Source: an uncultured Acidobacteriota bacterium
GTDB taxonomy: Bacteria; Acidobacteriota; Thermoanaerobaculia; Multivoradales; UBA5704
DNA length: 64,000 nucleotides
Direction of reading: 5' to 3'
NCBI GenBank assembly: GCA_963770895.1
Contig: CAVYRF010000002.1
Span: 5,760,001 to 5,824,000, forward strand
Shown here one piece after another: positions 48,638 to 58,489 of this stretch (positions are counted from its first letter, which is position 1; every line of letters starts with the position of its first letter). The notes beneath the pieces were generated by a model, which was not told where the DNA came from, did not search any database, and saw only the letters and a program-made list of their open reading frames with translations. A program made the translations under genes and the position numbers.

Positions 48638-49180
48638 GTATGATCGATCGGCCGCCCCGCCGCCGCTCGGGCCGGCCCCGTCGCAAACGGTCCGACGCCG
48701 GCCGCCGGGCGGGACGGGGTGATCCGGCGGCCACAGCGCAGCGGCGGCCGCGATCGATGCGGGCTCCGCGCGGAGCGGCGGAGGCCGGCGCCGCCGGCCG
48801 CAGCGCGAGCACGGAGACCGCTTCCCTACAGGTCTCCCGACAGGTCCGGCCTGCTTCATCGGCCCGGCTTGGAGTGAGTGGGGTGTGCATACACCGCAAG
48901 TGGTGCGGCGCAAGATAGTTGCCGGGAGCGAAGACCGTTGTATGCGCCGCAGCCGCCCGGAGAGATGGGGCCGGAGAGCCGCCCCGCGGCGTGCCGTGTA
49001 CCCGAGCCGCGGAGCGGCGAGGGCCTACCCTGCGCGTGCGTCAGCACGCGTGCGGCGGGGCATGAGAGACCAGCGATCAGGGGCGGCCTGGCGGGGAGAG
49101 CGCGGGGCGCGGCGCACCAGATCACCCAACCCGCTGCGGCGAGCGGAGATCGGGCCGCCACGGTCACGCCGCGGGCCTTC

Positions 49181-50227
49181 TCAGGCTTCCTCGTCGGCGG
49201 CCTCGGCGGCCAGATCCGCGGCCAGGTCCTTGCGGGCGCTAGCCGGGTCGTCCGCCGGGTCCGCCGAGGCGCCGGCCGTCGAACGCTCCAGGCGCGCCGG
49301 ATGGGTCACCGTATGGATCTCCTTGAGCTTCTTGACCGCGACTTGCGTGTAGATCTGCGTCGTCGAGATCTCGGCGTGGCCGAGCATCTGCTGGATGAAG
49401 CGCAGGTCGGCGCCGTTTTCCAGCATCAGCGTCGCCATGGTGTGACGGAAGAGATGACACGAGCCGGTCTTACCCACCGCGGCCGACTCGATGTAGCGCT
49501 TGGCCAGCTTCGACAGCTGGTTGAGCGCCAGCGCCCGGCCCTCCTCGGAGAGAAACAGCGCTCCGTCGTCCGGCTCCACCGCCAAGCTCGGTCGCACTTC
49601 GATCAGGTACTTGTCGACCCAGGCCACCGCCCGCTCGCCGATCGGGATCAGACGATCCCGGCCCCCCTTGCCTTGGCGCACCATCACCAGACCCTGGTCG
49701 AGGTTCACATCGAAGACACCCAGCCCGATCAACTCCTTGCGCCGCACACCCGTCGAATACAGCGTCTCCAGGATCGCCCGGTCCCGCACACCCAGCGGCG
49801 TGGCGACGTCGGCCTGGTTGAGCACCTGCTCGGCCTCCGACGCGGTCAAGATCGCGCGCGGCAGACGATGCATGCGACGCGGCAGCTCCAGCTCCGACGC
49901 CGGGTTGTAGAGGATGTAGCTGTTCCGCGTCAGCCAGCGAAAAAACGACCGCACGCAGATCAGCCGCTGGTGTTGGCTCGCCCAGCTCAGCGGTTTGCCG
50001 CTCGCCTGCCGATAGAGGAAAAGATGACGCTGGTAGCGCTGGAGCACCGGGCGCGTGACCTCCTGCGGCCGGGTCAGGCCCCGCTCTTCGCACCAAGCGA
50101 AAAAATATCCCAGGGCCTTCGCCTGGACGCGGACCGTCTCCTCGGCGTACCGGGTGACCCGGCTCCACTCCAGGAAATCCACCAGCAGCGCCTGAGGACG
50201 ACGCCGTGTCCGGGGCAGCCGAGACAT
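49181..50227 (-). CDS. XerC/D-like tyrosine recombinase
   Basis: All catalytic residues present: TGVRRKE (R), GKGG (K), HLFRH, LGH, TQIYT (Y). Confidence 0.93.
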   Translation of the reverse strand: MSRLPRTRRRPQALLVDFLEWSRVTRYAEETVRVQAKALGYFFAWCEERGLTRPQEVTRPVLQRYQRHLFLYRQASGKPLSWASQHQRLICVRSFFRWLTRNSYILYNPASELELPRRMHRLPRAILTASEAEQVLNQADVATPLGVRDRAILETLYSTGVRRKELIGLGVFDVNLDQGLVMVRQGKGGRDRLIPIGERAVAWVDKYLIEVRPSLAVEPDDGALFLSEEGRALALNQLSKLAKRYIESAAVGKTGSCHLFRHTMATLMLENGADLRFIQQMLGHAEISTTQIYTQVAVKKLKEIHTVTHPARLERSTAGASADPADDPASARKDLAADLAAEAADEEA

Positions 50228-50230
50228 GGC

Positions 50231-52750
50231 TCAGCGGCTCCCGACAGCCGCCGGCGCCGAGCCATTGCTACGATGCGAGCCGGGGTACGACGACGGGTTT
50301 TCCTCGGGGTCCAGATGTGCGTTTTTCGGCGATTTTGCCGAAAAACCACCGGAAACACCTACCAGGGCTACGTTTTCCTCACTCCTGTATGGACCGGTAT
50401 GGCCCCGGTATGGGGCCGGTATGGCACCCCAAAGCGAGCCTGCCACCACCCCAAACCCACCCTCCGGCCCCCCCAAACTTTCTGTCGTACCGCCAGCCGG
50501 CAGCGCTGACGGGTCGAGCAAGCCCAGCAGCACCGGCCGCCCGTCCTCGCCGCCGCCCTCGTACAGCAGCTCGTAGACGAAGCTCTGGCCGCGCCCGCCA
50601 TGGTGCACCACCAGGTATTCGAGCGCCACCAGGCGGTCGAGGTGGACGCGCACCTGCTCGTAGCTCCAGCCGCTGTACGCCCGCACCTCCCGCCGGCTGA
50701 AGCGGTAGTCGGCGCGCGCTATCGCCAGACGCTCGCACGCCTCCCGCACCATCCCGTCGAGCTGCCCCAGCATCCGCCGCGTCTGCGGCGGCAGCTCGTC
50801 GAGCGAGCGCCCCAGCACCTCGGCGGTCAGACGGTTGGCGACCGCGATATCCGACGGCTCCACCTCCAGGTACTCGATCGTCTGGCCGTGCAGCTCCGCT
50901 TTGCGCACCGGCCGCTGGTGCTGGTAGAGCAGCGCGATCGCCCGGATCAGCGTCAGGTATTTCATGTGATCCCGCCGCGTCCGCGTCTGGCTGTCGAGGA
51001 AAGTCAGCCCCGGCGCGTATGGGTTGGCCACCGCCAGCGGCCGCAGCAGACGTTGCGCGTTGCGGTGCAGCCGCTCGATCGCCTTGCGCTCCTCGCGCGC
51101 CAGCAGGCCGGCCAGCGTCTGCGCCGTCCGCTGCGCCCGGTGGATCGCCCGCGTCTGCTCCCGCTCCTCGTCCACCGTCAGCACCAGGCAGCGGTTCAGC
51201 AGCTCTTCGTCGAGGTCGATCGCCGTCGTGGTGAGAAAGATCATCACCGGACCCTCGACCCGGTACTCGTGCGTCGTCAGCTTGCCCGTCGCCGGGTCTT
51301 TGCCCGTCGAAGCGATCGTCAGCTCGCCCTCGCTCTGCAACAGCTTCAGCGCGTAGGACGCCCGCTCCGCCCCCTCCTCCTCGACGATCGCCAGGATCTT
51401 GTGACGCAGATCCGTCTCCCCCATGTAAAACAGCGATTGACCCGTCATCGCCGAGTACTGCACCCGCTCCTCCTCGGGCACCAGCGACAGCACCGCCTCC
51501 ATCAGCGCCGACTTGCCCGCCGCCGTCGAGCTCTGGACGATCACCGCCAGCGGCTCGTCGAGCTTGCGCGACACCGCCGCAAGGTAGCCCACCAGCTTGT
51601 TGGTCTCCTCTCCCACCACGCCGCAGAGCGCAAAGTCCGCGAGAATCCGCCCCAGCAGGTCCGGCGACGACAGCAGCTCGAGCGCTGCGGCGCGCTCCTC
51701 GGCGCTCATCGTGACCTCCTTCGCCACCGGGTGCAGCGCCGACTGGATCTGCGCGTCCTGGAGCTGTTCGAGCTGGAGCAGCACCTGGCCCAGGTCCCGC
51801 TTCACCACCTCGGGCTCGACGCCCAGCTCGCCGGCGGCCTGCTGGATGAAGCTCGCCCGCTGTCGCGCCGAGTAGAGATCCAAAGTGTCCACGTGGAAGC
51901 TCTCACCGCGGCCGGCCAAGAGGTTGATCTTCAGGCTCTCGTACGAGAGGTTCTTCGCCAGCCCCCGCACCCGGTAGCGCCGGTCACCGAGGCGGATCAT
52001 CACCTCCTCCGGCTTCACCTCCGCGGGCAACGGAGATGCCGCCGGCGCCAGCGCGGGCAGCAGCGACACCGGCGGGACCGGCGATGCCAGCGGCGCTGGG
52101 GACGGCGCCGGCAGCTCGGCCGCGGTGGAAGAAAAAGCAGCGACTAAAGGAGAAACAGCGGGAGCCAGGGCCGAGCCGCGAGGCGCCGCCGGCGACGGCG
52201 GCCTGGGGGACGCCGGCGCCGGATCGTCGGTGCCACCCCCGGCGACGAGACTCGCGCCCGCTGGCGGCAGCTCGGGTGCCAGGCCGTGGCCTCCGGTGCT
52301 CGCACCGCCGCCCCTTCTTTTCCCTTTAGCTGCTGCTTTTTCTTTTGCCGCCGCTTCCTCCGGCACCGCCGTGACCTTCGCCACCTCGGCCGCCGCAGGC
52401 ACCGGCATCGACGCGGCGACGGCAAGCGTGGCCAAGGTGACGGCGCCGGCAGCACGGGCGCCGGCGAGCGTAGCCGAGGCGGCGGCGCCGGCGGCGCTGC
52501 CAACAGAGGAAGCGACAAGGGCGGGCGTCGAAGCCTGCCCGGCGATCCCCTCGCTGGCGGGCACCGCACCGGACGACGCCGGCGTCGTCCCGCCGCCCAG
52601 CCACACCGCCCGGCGCAGCGCCAGCTCCAGGCTCTTGGCTGCCGGCGTCACCTTCTGCGCGTACTCGTTGGCGTCCATACCGCGCGGAAACTGCACCCGG
52701 TAGCAGCCGATGCCGGCCGCCGCCAGCTGCTCGGCCAGGGCCGCCGCGGC
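50231..52750 (-). pseudogene. 5'-truncated DNA primase (Toprim tail) + P-loop ATPase/helicase protein
   Basis: Begins mid-Toprim (AAAALAEQLAAAGIGCYRVQFPRGMDANEYA); SSTAAGKS Walker A, IVEEEG Walker B; frame runs straight into the RBS of the divergent XRE gene. Confidence 0.78.
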
Positions 52751-52762
52751 AAGGAGACAACG

Positions 52763-53161
52763 ATGCAGGAGCCCCTGACCGATATGGAGCGAGACGAGAT
52801 CCTGAAAGCCTTTGGTGCCCGCGTGAAGGACCTGCGCAAGCGGAAGAGTTGGACGCAGAAACAGCTCGCCGCCACCCTCGACGTGCGTTTCTCGCAGCTC
52901 AACAAATACGAGAGCGGCCTACACGCTCCCCCTCTCGACAACCTCGTCCAGCTCGCCGAGATCCTCGATACCTCGGTGGACTACCTCCTCACCGGCGATC
53001 CAAGGGGCAGTGTCCCGCTCTCCAGTATCCGACTCCTCGACCGCTTCCGCGCCCTGGAAGCCTCCGAGGCCGACGACCGGGAAACCGCCATCAAGCTCAT
53101 TGATGCGCTGATTGTGAAACGACAGGTGGAAGGAGCGCTACGGCCCTTCGAGAGCCGATGA
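52763..53161 (+). CDS. XRE-family HTH transcriptional regulator
   Basis: AAGGAG RBS; FGARVKDLRKRKSWTQKQLA...KYESG..P....QLAEILDTSVDYLLTG. Confidence 0.9.
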   Translation: MQEPLTDMERDEILKAFGARVKDLRKRKSWTQKQLAATLDVRFSQLNKYESGLHAPPLDNLVQLAEILDTSVDYLLTGDPRGSVPLSSIRLLDRFRALEASEADDRETAIKLIDALIVKRQVEGALRPFESR

Positions 53162-53253
53162 TGTGGCGGCTAATGAGTGGCAGGGGGAAAGATACCCTTG
53201 GTCGCGGTAGGCATAGGGCGTGCCTGAATTACGCGAAGCACAGTAATGGCTCC

Positions 53254-54423
53254 TAGTGTAGTGCGCCCTAATTAGGAATCCTTATATGCGGTTCGTACGT
53301 ATCGTCCTGTGGGAGGATTGGGACGATGCGGATCGCACCGTTGGTTCTGGTTTCGCCGGAGGAAAGGCGGCAGTTGGAGGCCTATGCCCGAGGCCGCAGC
53401 ACGCCGACGCGTCTGGTGCAGCGCGCGAAGATCGTCTTGCTGGCCGCCGAGGGCAAGGAGAATCGGGAAATTGCCGAAAGTCTTGGCATCATGCGGCATA
53501 CCGTCGGACGTTGGCGGAGCCGCTTTTGCCAGTTCGGCCTGAGCGGGATCGAGAAAGACGCGCATCGAAGTGGGCGCCTGCCGAGCCTGTCCCAGGGCTT
53601 GCTACGGAAGATCGTGCGCAAGACAACGCAAGAGACGCCGCAGGACGGCACTCATTGGAGCACGCGGAGCATGGCCGAGGCGGTCGGGGTCAGCGCCTCG
53701 ACGGTGCGCCGGGTCTGGCAGCGGCACGGCCTCAAGCCTCATCGGGTGCGGACCTTCAAGCTGAGCAACGATCGACGCTTTGTCGAGAAAATGGAAGATG
53801 TCATCGCGCTCTATCTCAACCCGCCAGAGCACGCCCTCGTCTTGTGTGCCGATGAGAAGAGCCAGATCCAGGCTCTTGATCGGACTCAACCCGGCCTGCC
53901 GATGAAGAAGGGCCGCTGCGGCACGATGACGCACGACTACAAGCGCAATGGCACCACGACGTTATTCGCGGCCTTGAGTACGCTGGACGGTAAAGTCATC
54001 GGTAGCTGCATGCCGAGGCACCGCCACCAGGAGTGGTTGAAGTTCCTCAAACAAATCGATCGGGAGACACCCGCAGCCAAGCAAATCCACCTGATCGCCG
54101 ACAACTATGGCACCCACAAGCACGCGGTCGTTCTACGCTGGATCGCTCGGCATCCGCGATTTCACCTTCATTTCACTCCGACCAGTGCCTCCTGGCTCAA
54201 CATGGTCGAACGCTTCTTCCGACACCTGACCGAGAAGCAAATTTCCCGTGGAGTGTTCCGCAGTGTCGACCAGCTCGAATCCGCGATTCTGGGGGCGATC
54301 GAGCGGCACAACTCTGATCCTAAACCCTACATCTGGACGGCTAAGGCTGCTGACATCCTCGAAAAGGTCAAGAGAGCACGTCTCAGACTGAATAAGGTCC
54401 CATCTGTGTGACGCACTACACTA
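53254..54423 (+). mobile_element. IS630-family element (complete copy 2)
   Basis: IRs TAGTGTAGTGCG / CGCACTACACTA; TA duplication at a CTAG site. Confidence 0.93.
53326..54411 (+). CDS. IS630 family transposase
   Basis: [35 protein letters not shown]. Confidence 0.95.
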   Translation: MRIAPLVLVSPEERRQLEAYARGRSTPTRLVQRAKIVLLAAEGKENREIAESLGIMRHTVGRWRSRFCQFGLSGIEKDAHRSGRLPSLSQGLLRKIVRKTTQETPQDGTHWSTRSMAEAVGVSASTVRRVWQRHGLKPHRVRTFKLSNDRRFVEKMEDVIALYLNPPEHALVLCADEKSQIQALDRTQPGLPMKKGRCGTMTHDYKRNGTTTLFAALSTLDGKVIGSCMPRHRHQEWLKFLKQIDRETPAAKQIHLIADNYGTHKHAVVLRWIARHPRFHLHFTPTSASWLNMVERFFRHLTEKQISRGVFRSVDQLESAILGAIERHNSDPKPYIWTAKAADILEKVKRARLRLNKVPSV

Positions 54424-56297
54424 GCGGGCACCACTCTCCACTTGGCTGTGGACCGTCGTACCGGACAACGACATCTGCAAATCCAAAGTGCCAGAATTCT
54501 TTTGCATTCTCCCCAATAGCGCTAGTAGCCTGCCGCAGCGCGTCGTCACACTGCTTAGAATCGAAGCTAACACAATAGTCCGTAAAGTTGAACAAGCTTT
54601 GAGCGTTGCACATGTCTTCGTTGCGCGTCGGACAAGAAATAGCCAACTTGCCCGAAAGCTCCCACGCATCTCTGTAGATTCCCTGCAACCTGTGAAGCGA
54701 TCCGACCCTATTGTCGGTGATGAAGCCCTCTATCGGCATTTTCAGACTAGCAGCACTCCTCTCTCGACACGGCCCTCCCAACGAGCAGCCCCAGAGAACC
54801 AGAGCTAAGAACGAACCAAGAAGCGCCAACGTCGCAGCAGCCTTAGTTCTTCTCGTTCTTGATATCCTCAACAAACTCTTGCCCCTTCTTGTCTGCAGTG
54901 TTCGCATGTTTCTTGTGGATCGCTGTAGCATCCTTGGATTCTTGCAAGCCCTTGGGGCCGAGAAGGCGCTGATACTCGGCCACTCGCTTAACCGGATCGT
55001 TCGGAAACGCCTTTGCTGCAGCCTCCTGCGCCGCCGCTGTCGTCGCGTTGAATTGCTGTATGCGAATGGCTTCGCTAGCGTACGCTGGATCGGTTACGGC
55101 TGACATGAAGTGGCCCTGCTCTTCGTGACCCACCACGTAAACCTGCTTCTCCCTACCAGAGCCCTTGAGTTTCGAGGCGTTAGGGTAGTTTGGATCGTTG
55201 ATATCTCGGAGAAAGTTCGGTCCGACATTCAGCTCAGCCGAGACGATCTTCCCTTTCTCGTCAGCCTTATAATTCGTCACCTCTGCGCCCACATTCTTGC
55301 CCGGCGGCGCCGATGAATACTTGACGGTAAGTTTAATGCTTGGATCATCCTCAAGGGTTTTTGCGGCAACAGCGCCCTTGGGGGTCTTCTTAAACTCCTC
55401 ATAAGCCTTCCTGTATTCCTGCTGCACCTTCTGAGCGGCCTTGTCTTTCGGATCGGGCTCTTGTTCGACTCTTTCCAATCCCATCGGGTCGCTGTCGTTG
55501 GCCGGGTCGTCCACCTCGAAGGCATACTCGCTCGGGCCGTCGACGTAGCCCTTCGGATCGGCGGAGATGAATCTGCCGAGTTGTGGGTCGTAGTAGCGGT
55601 TGCGGAAGTAGATGAGGCCGGTTTCGGGATCCAGGTTGCGGCCTTGGTAGCCGAAGAGATTGCCCAGAGCGGAGCCGCTGGTGACCTGCGGGTTGGGGGC
55701 GGCATAGACGATGAGGCTGTCTTGCGCCGTGACGGTGGTGAAGGTCTGGCTGAAAGGCGCGCCCAGGGGCTGGTTGCCCGCATCGGTCAGGGTGGTGGCG
55801 ATTGTCAGGGTGTGCGCGCCGGCGGCAACTGGATTGGCTGCTTGGAGGGTGTAGTGGTCGGCGGCCAGGCTCCACGTCAGACCGGCGCCGTCCAGCTGGA
55901 TCGCCGCCGTCGCTGCGGCCAGGTTTGGCTCGGCGGAAAACTCGACCGAAAGCATCCCCTGCTGCAGGGTGACGCGCTGCACGGTGGGGGCTGCCAGGTC
56001 GGCGACGACGGCGTCCGAGGCTGGCCAGGTAAAGGCCAGCGTGTAGTCGTGGGCGGGCTGGTTGAGGAAGCTGTCGACCAGGGCGCCGGCCGGGATGGTC
56101 AGGGTGACCTGGTCGCCGGGCTGGAAGCCTCCGGGAGGCTGGCCTACCAGGACCAGGCGCCTTTGGGCCAGGTCTCCGGTGGTCACGGGCTGGGTGACGG
56201 TGAGTGCCCCAAATGCGGCGGGGAGGGTTGTCAGCGAGACGCCTAAATTCCCCCCATGCCGGACGCTAAATTTCCCCCCCTCCGGAAGGAGGCAGGG

Positions 56298-57680
56298 ATG
56301 AGCGAAGCAAGTGGCAGCGAGATGGAGTCGGCCTTGGTGCCGGCGGCGCCTGCGGCACCGGCGGCCGAGGCGGAGGTGCAGCGGGGAGCGGTGTCGGACA
56401 TGCTCTCTGCGGCGCCTGGAGGCGCCCAGGAGGGCGAGTTGGTCGACGAGCGACTGTGGGGAGTGATCGCCGCTTTGCGGGAGCGTGGCGTGGCAAAGAA
56501 GGCGATTGCGCGGCAGCTCGGGCTCGACGTGAAGACGGTGCGGAAGTGGTGGCAGCGGAGCTGGCAGGCCCAGCAGCGCCGGCGGCGGGGGCGCCTTCTG
56601 GATCAGTGGGAGGCGTTCTTGCGGGCGCGAGCGCCGGAGGTGGGGTTCAACAGCGTCGTGCTGAGCCGCGAGCTGGCAGGTCTTGGCCAGCGCTGCTGCA
56701 CCTCGACGGTCTCAAAGTACATCGCGCCATGGCGAGCGGAGCAGCGGGCGGTGGAGCCGACGGTGCGGTTCGAGACCGGCCCCGGCAAGCAAGGGCAGGT
56801 GGACTGGGGGAGCACCTGGATCTATCTCGGCGAGGAGAGGGTGCGGGTGCACCTGTTCACGATGGTGCTGGGCTTCAGCCGCCGGCTGTTCGCCAAGGCG
56901 TACCTCAACGAGGGGCTGGAATCGCTGCTGGACGGTCATGCGGCGGCGTTCGCGCACTTCGGCGGTCGTCCGGAGAGCTTGCTGTACGACAACCCGCGGA
57001 CGATCGTCACCGCCAAGGACGAGGCGACGGGCAAGGTGAGCTGGAACGCCACCTTCAAGGACCGCATGGACTTCTACGGGTTGAAGCTCCAGCTGTGCCG
57101 CTACTACCGGGCTCAAACGAAGGGCAAGGTGGAGAGCGGCGTCAAGTACGTCAAGGGCAACGGCTTGGCGGGCCGGCGTTTCGCCAGCCTCGATGCGCTC
57201 AATGATCACCTTCTGAGATGGTGTGTGGAGGTGGCCGACCAACGGGTGCACGGGACGACGCACGAGAAGCCTGCGGAGCGATTCGCCCGTGCCGAGCGGC
57301 TGATTGCGGTGGACCAGCGTTCACCGACGCCACGGGAGCGGGTGGTGAGCCGGCAGGTGCCCCGTGACGCCTACGTCGCGGTCGAGGCCAATCGCTATCC
57401 GGTGCCGCTGGAGTGGGCTGGCGCGGTTGTGGAAGTGCGCCTTCTGGCCGAGGAGATCTGGATCCATCGGGATGGGGCCGATCCCGTCCGCCATGTCCGG
57501 TTGACGGGCAAGCACCAGGTGGCGCGCTGGAGCGGTGCTGGCCGGGAGGTGCCGCGGCGACCACCCGCGCCCGCTGCGGGGCCGCCGCGCTTCGATCCGG
57601 CCTACGTGGAGCAGATCGGCGAGGTCGAGATCCGTCCGCTCGGCCGCTACGAAGGGCTGCTCTCCGAGGTGCACTCATGA
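56298..57680 (+). CDS. istA: IS21 transposase IstA
   Basis: RFETGPG.QGQVDW, YDNPR, QTKGKVES, RVHGTT. Confidence 0.94.
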   Translation: MSEASGSEMESALVPAAPAAPAAEAEVQRGAVSDMLSAAPGGAQEGELVDERLWGVIAALRERGVAKKAIARQLGLDVKTVRKWWQRSWQAQQRRRRGRLLDQWEAFLRARAPEVGFNSVVLSRELAGLGQRCCTSTVSKYIAPWRAEQRAVEPTVRFETGPGKQGQVDWGSTWIYLGEERVRVHLFTMVLGFSRRLFAKAYLNEGLESLLDGHAAAFAHFGGRPESLLYDNPRTIVTAKDEATGKVSWNATFKDRMDFYGLKLQLCRYYRAQTKGKVESGVKYVKGNGLAGRRFASLDALNDHLLRWCVEVADQRVHGTTHEKPAERFARAERLIAVDQRSPTPRERVVSRQVPRDAYVAVEANRYPVPLEWAGAVVEVRLLAEEIWIHRDGADPVRHVRLTGKHQVARWSGAGREVPRRPPAPAAGPPRFDPAYVEQIGEVEIRPLGRYEGLLSEVHS

Positions 57681-58489
57681 GCGCCGGTACGGTCCAGATC
57701 GATCGGCTCCAGGAGCAGCTGCGGCGTCTGAAGCTGGTGCGCACGGCTGACCAGCTGCCGTCGCTGCTTCAGGAGGCGAGCAAGAAGGAGTTGCCATATA
57801 CCGACCTGCTCGAGGATCTTCTCGGCCGGGAGCTGGCGGCCAAGCAAGAGCGCCACACGGCGATGAAGACGAGCATGGCGCGCTTCCCGTTCCACAAGAC
57901 GCTGGAGAGCTTCGACTTCAAGTTTCAGCCGTCGATCGAGCCGAAGGTGATCCGAGAGCTCGCCACCTGCCGGTTCATCGCCGACGCGGACAACGTGCTG
58001 CTGCTCGGGCCGCCCGGGGTCGGCAAGACGCACCTGTCGGTGGCCCTGGGCCTGAAGGCTTGTGCCGCCGGCTACCGGACGGCCTTCGCGACGGCGACCT
58101 CGCTGGTCAACACGCTGACGCGGGCGCACCAGGAGAACCGCTTGGAGGAGAAGCTGAAGCAGCTCATCCAGCCCAAGCTACTGATAATAGACGAGATCGG
58201 ATATCTGCCGCTCGACCGTCTGGGGGCGAATCTTCTCTTCCAGCTGGTGTCGCGCCGCTACGAGCGCGGCTCGATCCTGATCACGTCGAACCAGAGCCTG
58301 GCCGGCTGGGGTCAGGTCTTTGGCGACCAGGTGATCGCGACGGCGATTCTCGACCGGCTGCTGCATCACTCCACCATCGTCAACATCAAGGGCGAGAGCT
58401 ACCGGCTGAAGGAGAAGCGCAAGGCTGGGCTGCTGACGCGCAGCGAGCCGCACGTCGCCGAGTCGCTTGCGGCCGAGGAGGCGAGCTGA
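57677..58489 (+). CDS. istB: IS21 helper ATPase IstB
   Basis: GPPGVGKT, IIDEIGY, ILDRLLHH, GESYR; ATGA overlap with istA. Confidence 0.95.
   Translation: MSAGTVQIDRLQEQLRRLKLVRTADQLPSLLQEASKKELPYTDLLEDLLGRELAAKQERHTAMKTSMARFPFHKTLESFDFKFQPSIEPKVIRELATCRFIADADNVLLLGPPGVGKTHLSVALGLKACAAGYRTAFATATSLVNTLTRAHQENRLEEKLKQLIQPKLLIIDEIGYLPLDRLGANLLFQLVSRRYERGSILITSNQSLAGWGQVFGDQVIATAILDRLLHHSTIVNIKGESYRLKEKRKAGLLTRSEPHVAESLAAEEAS

Larger units (their letters stand above)
48410..48825 (+). repeat. ~60-bp imperfect direct repeats (48410-48473, 48761-48825) bracketing the palindromic sites
   Basis: GGGCTC.GCGCGGAGCGGCGGAGGCCGGCGC.GCCGGCCGCAGCGCGAGCAC.GAGACCG twice. Confidence 0.85.
53170..54907 (-). 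pseudogene. Putative lipoprotein immunity gene of cassette B, interrupted near its 3' end by IS630
   Basis: LALVLWGC lipobox-like motif, overlaps the toxin stop; removing the IS restores ...WCPL-GAITVLRVIQARPMPTATKGIFPPATH* (stop at 53170); start uncertain. Confidence 0.6.

Noticed and set aside
48386-48899. N-terminal extension of the 1275-aa Rhs ORF
   Set aside because: It translates the structured non-coding repeat region; Rhs homology stops at 48385.
49181-53161. Prophage interpretation of the integrase/primase/XRE module
   Set aside because: No capsid, terminase, tail or lysis genes are visible; at most a satellite-like or integrative element.
53160-53175. GGCGGCTAA near the end of immunity B (also CTCGGATTAA at 61148 and ATCGGATAA at 42562) as further recombinase half-sites
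   Set aside because: Only partial matches and in inconsistent orientation; could be chance.
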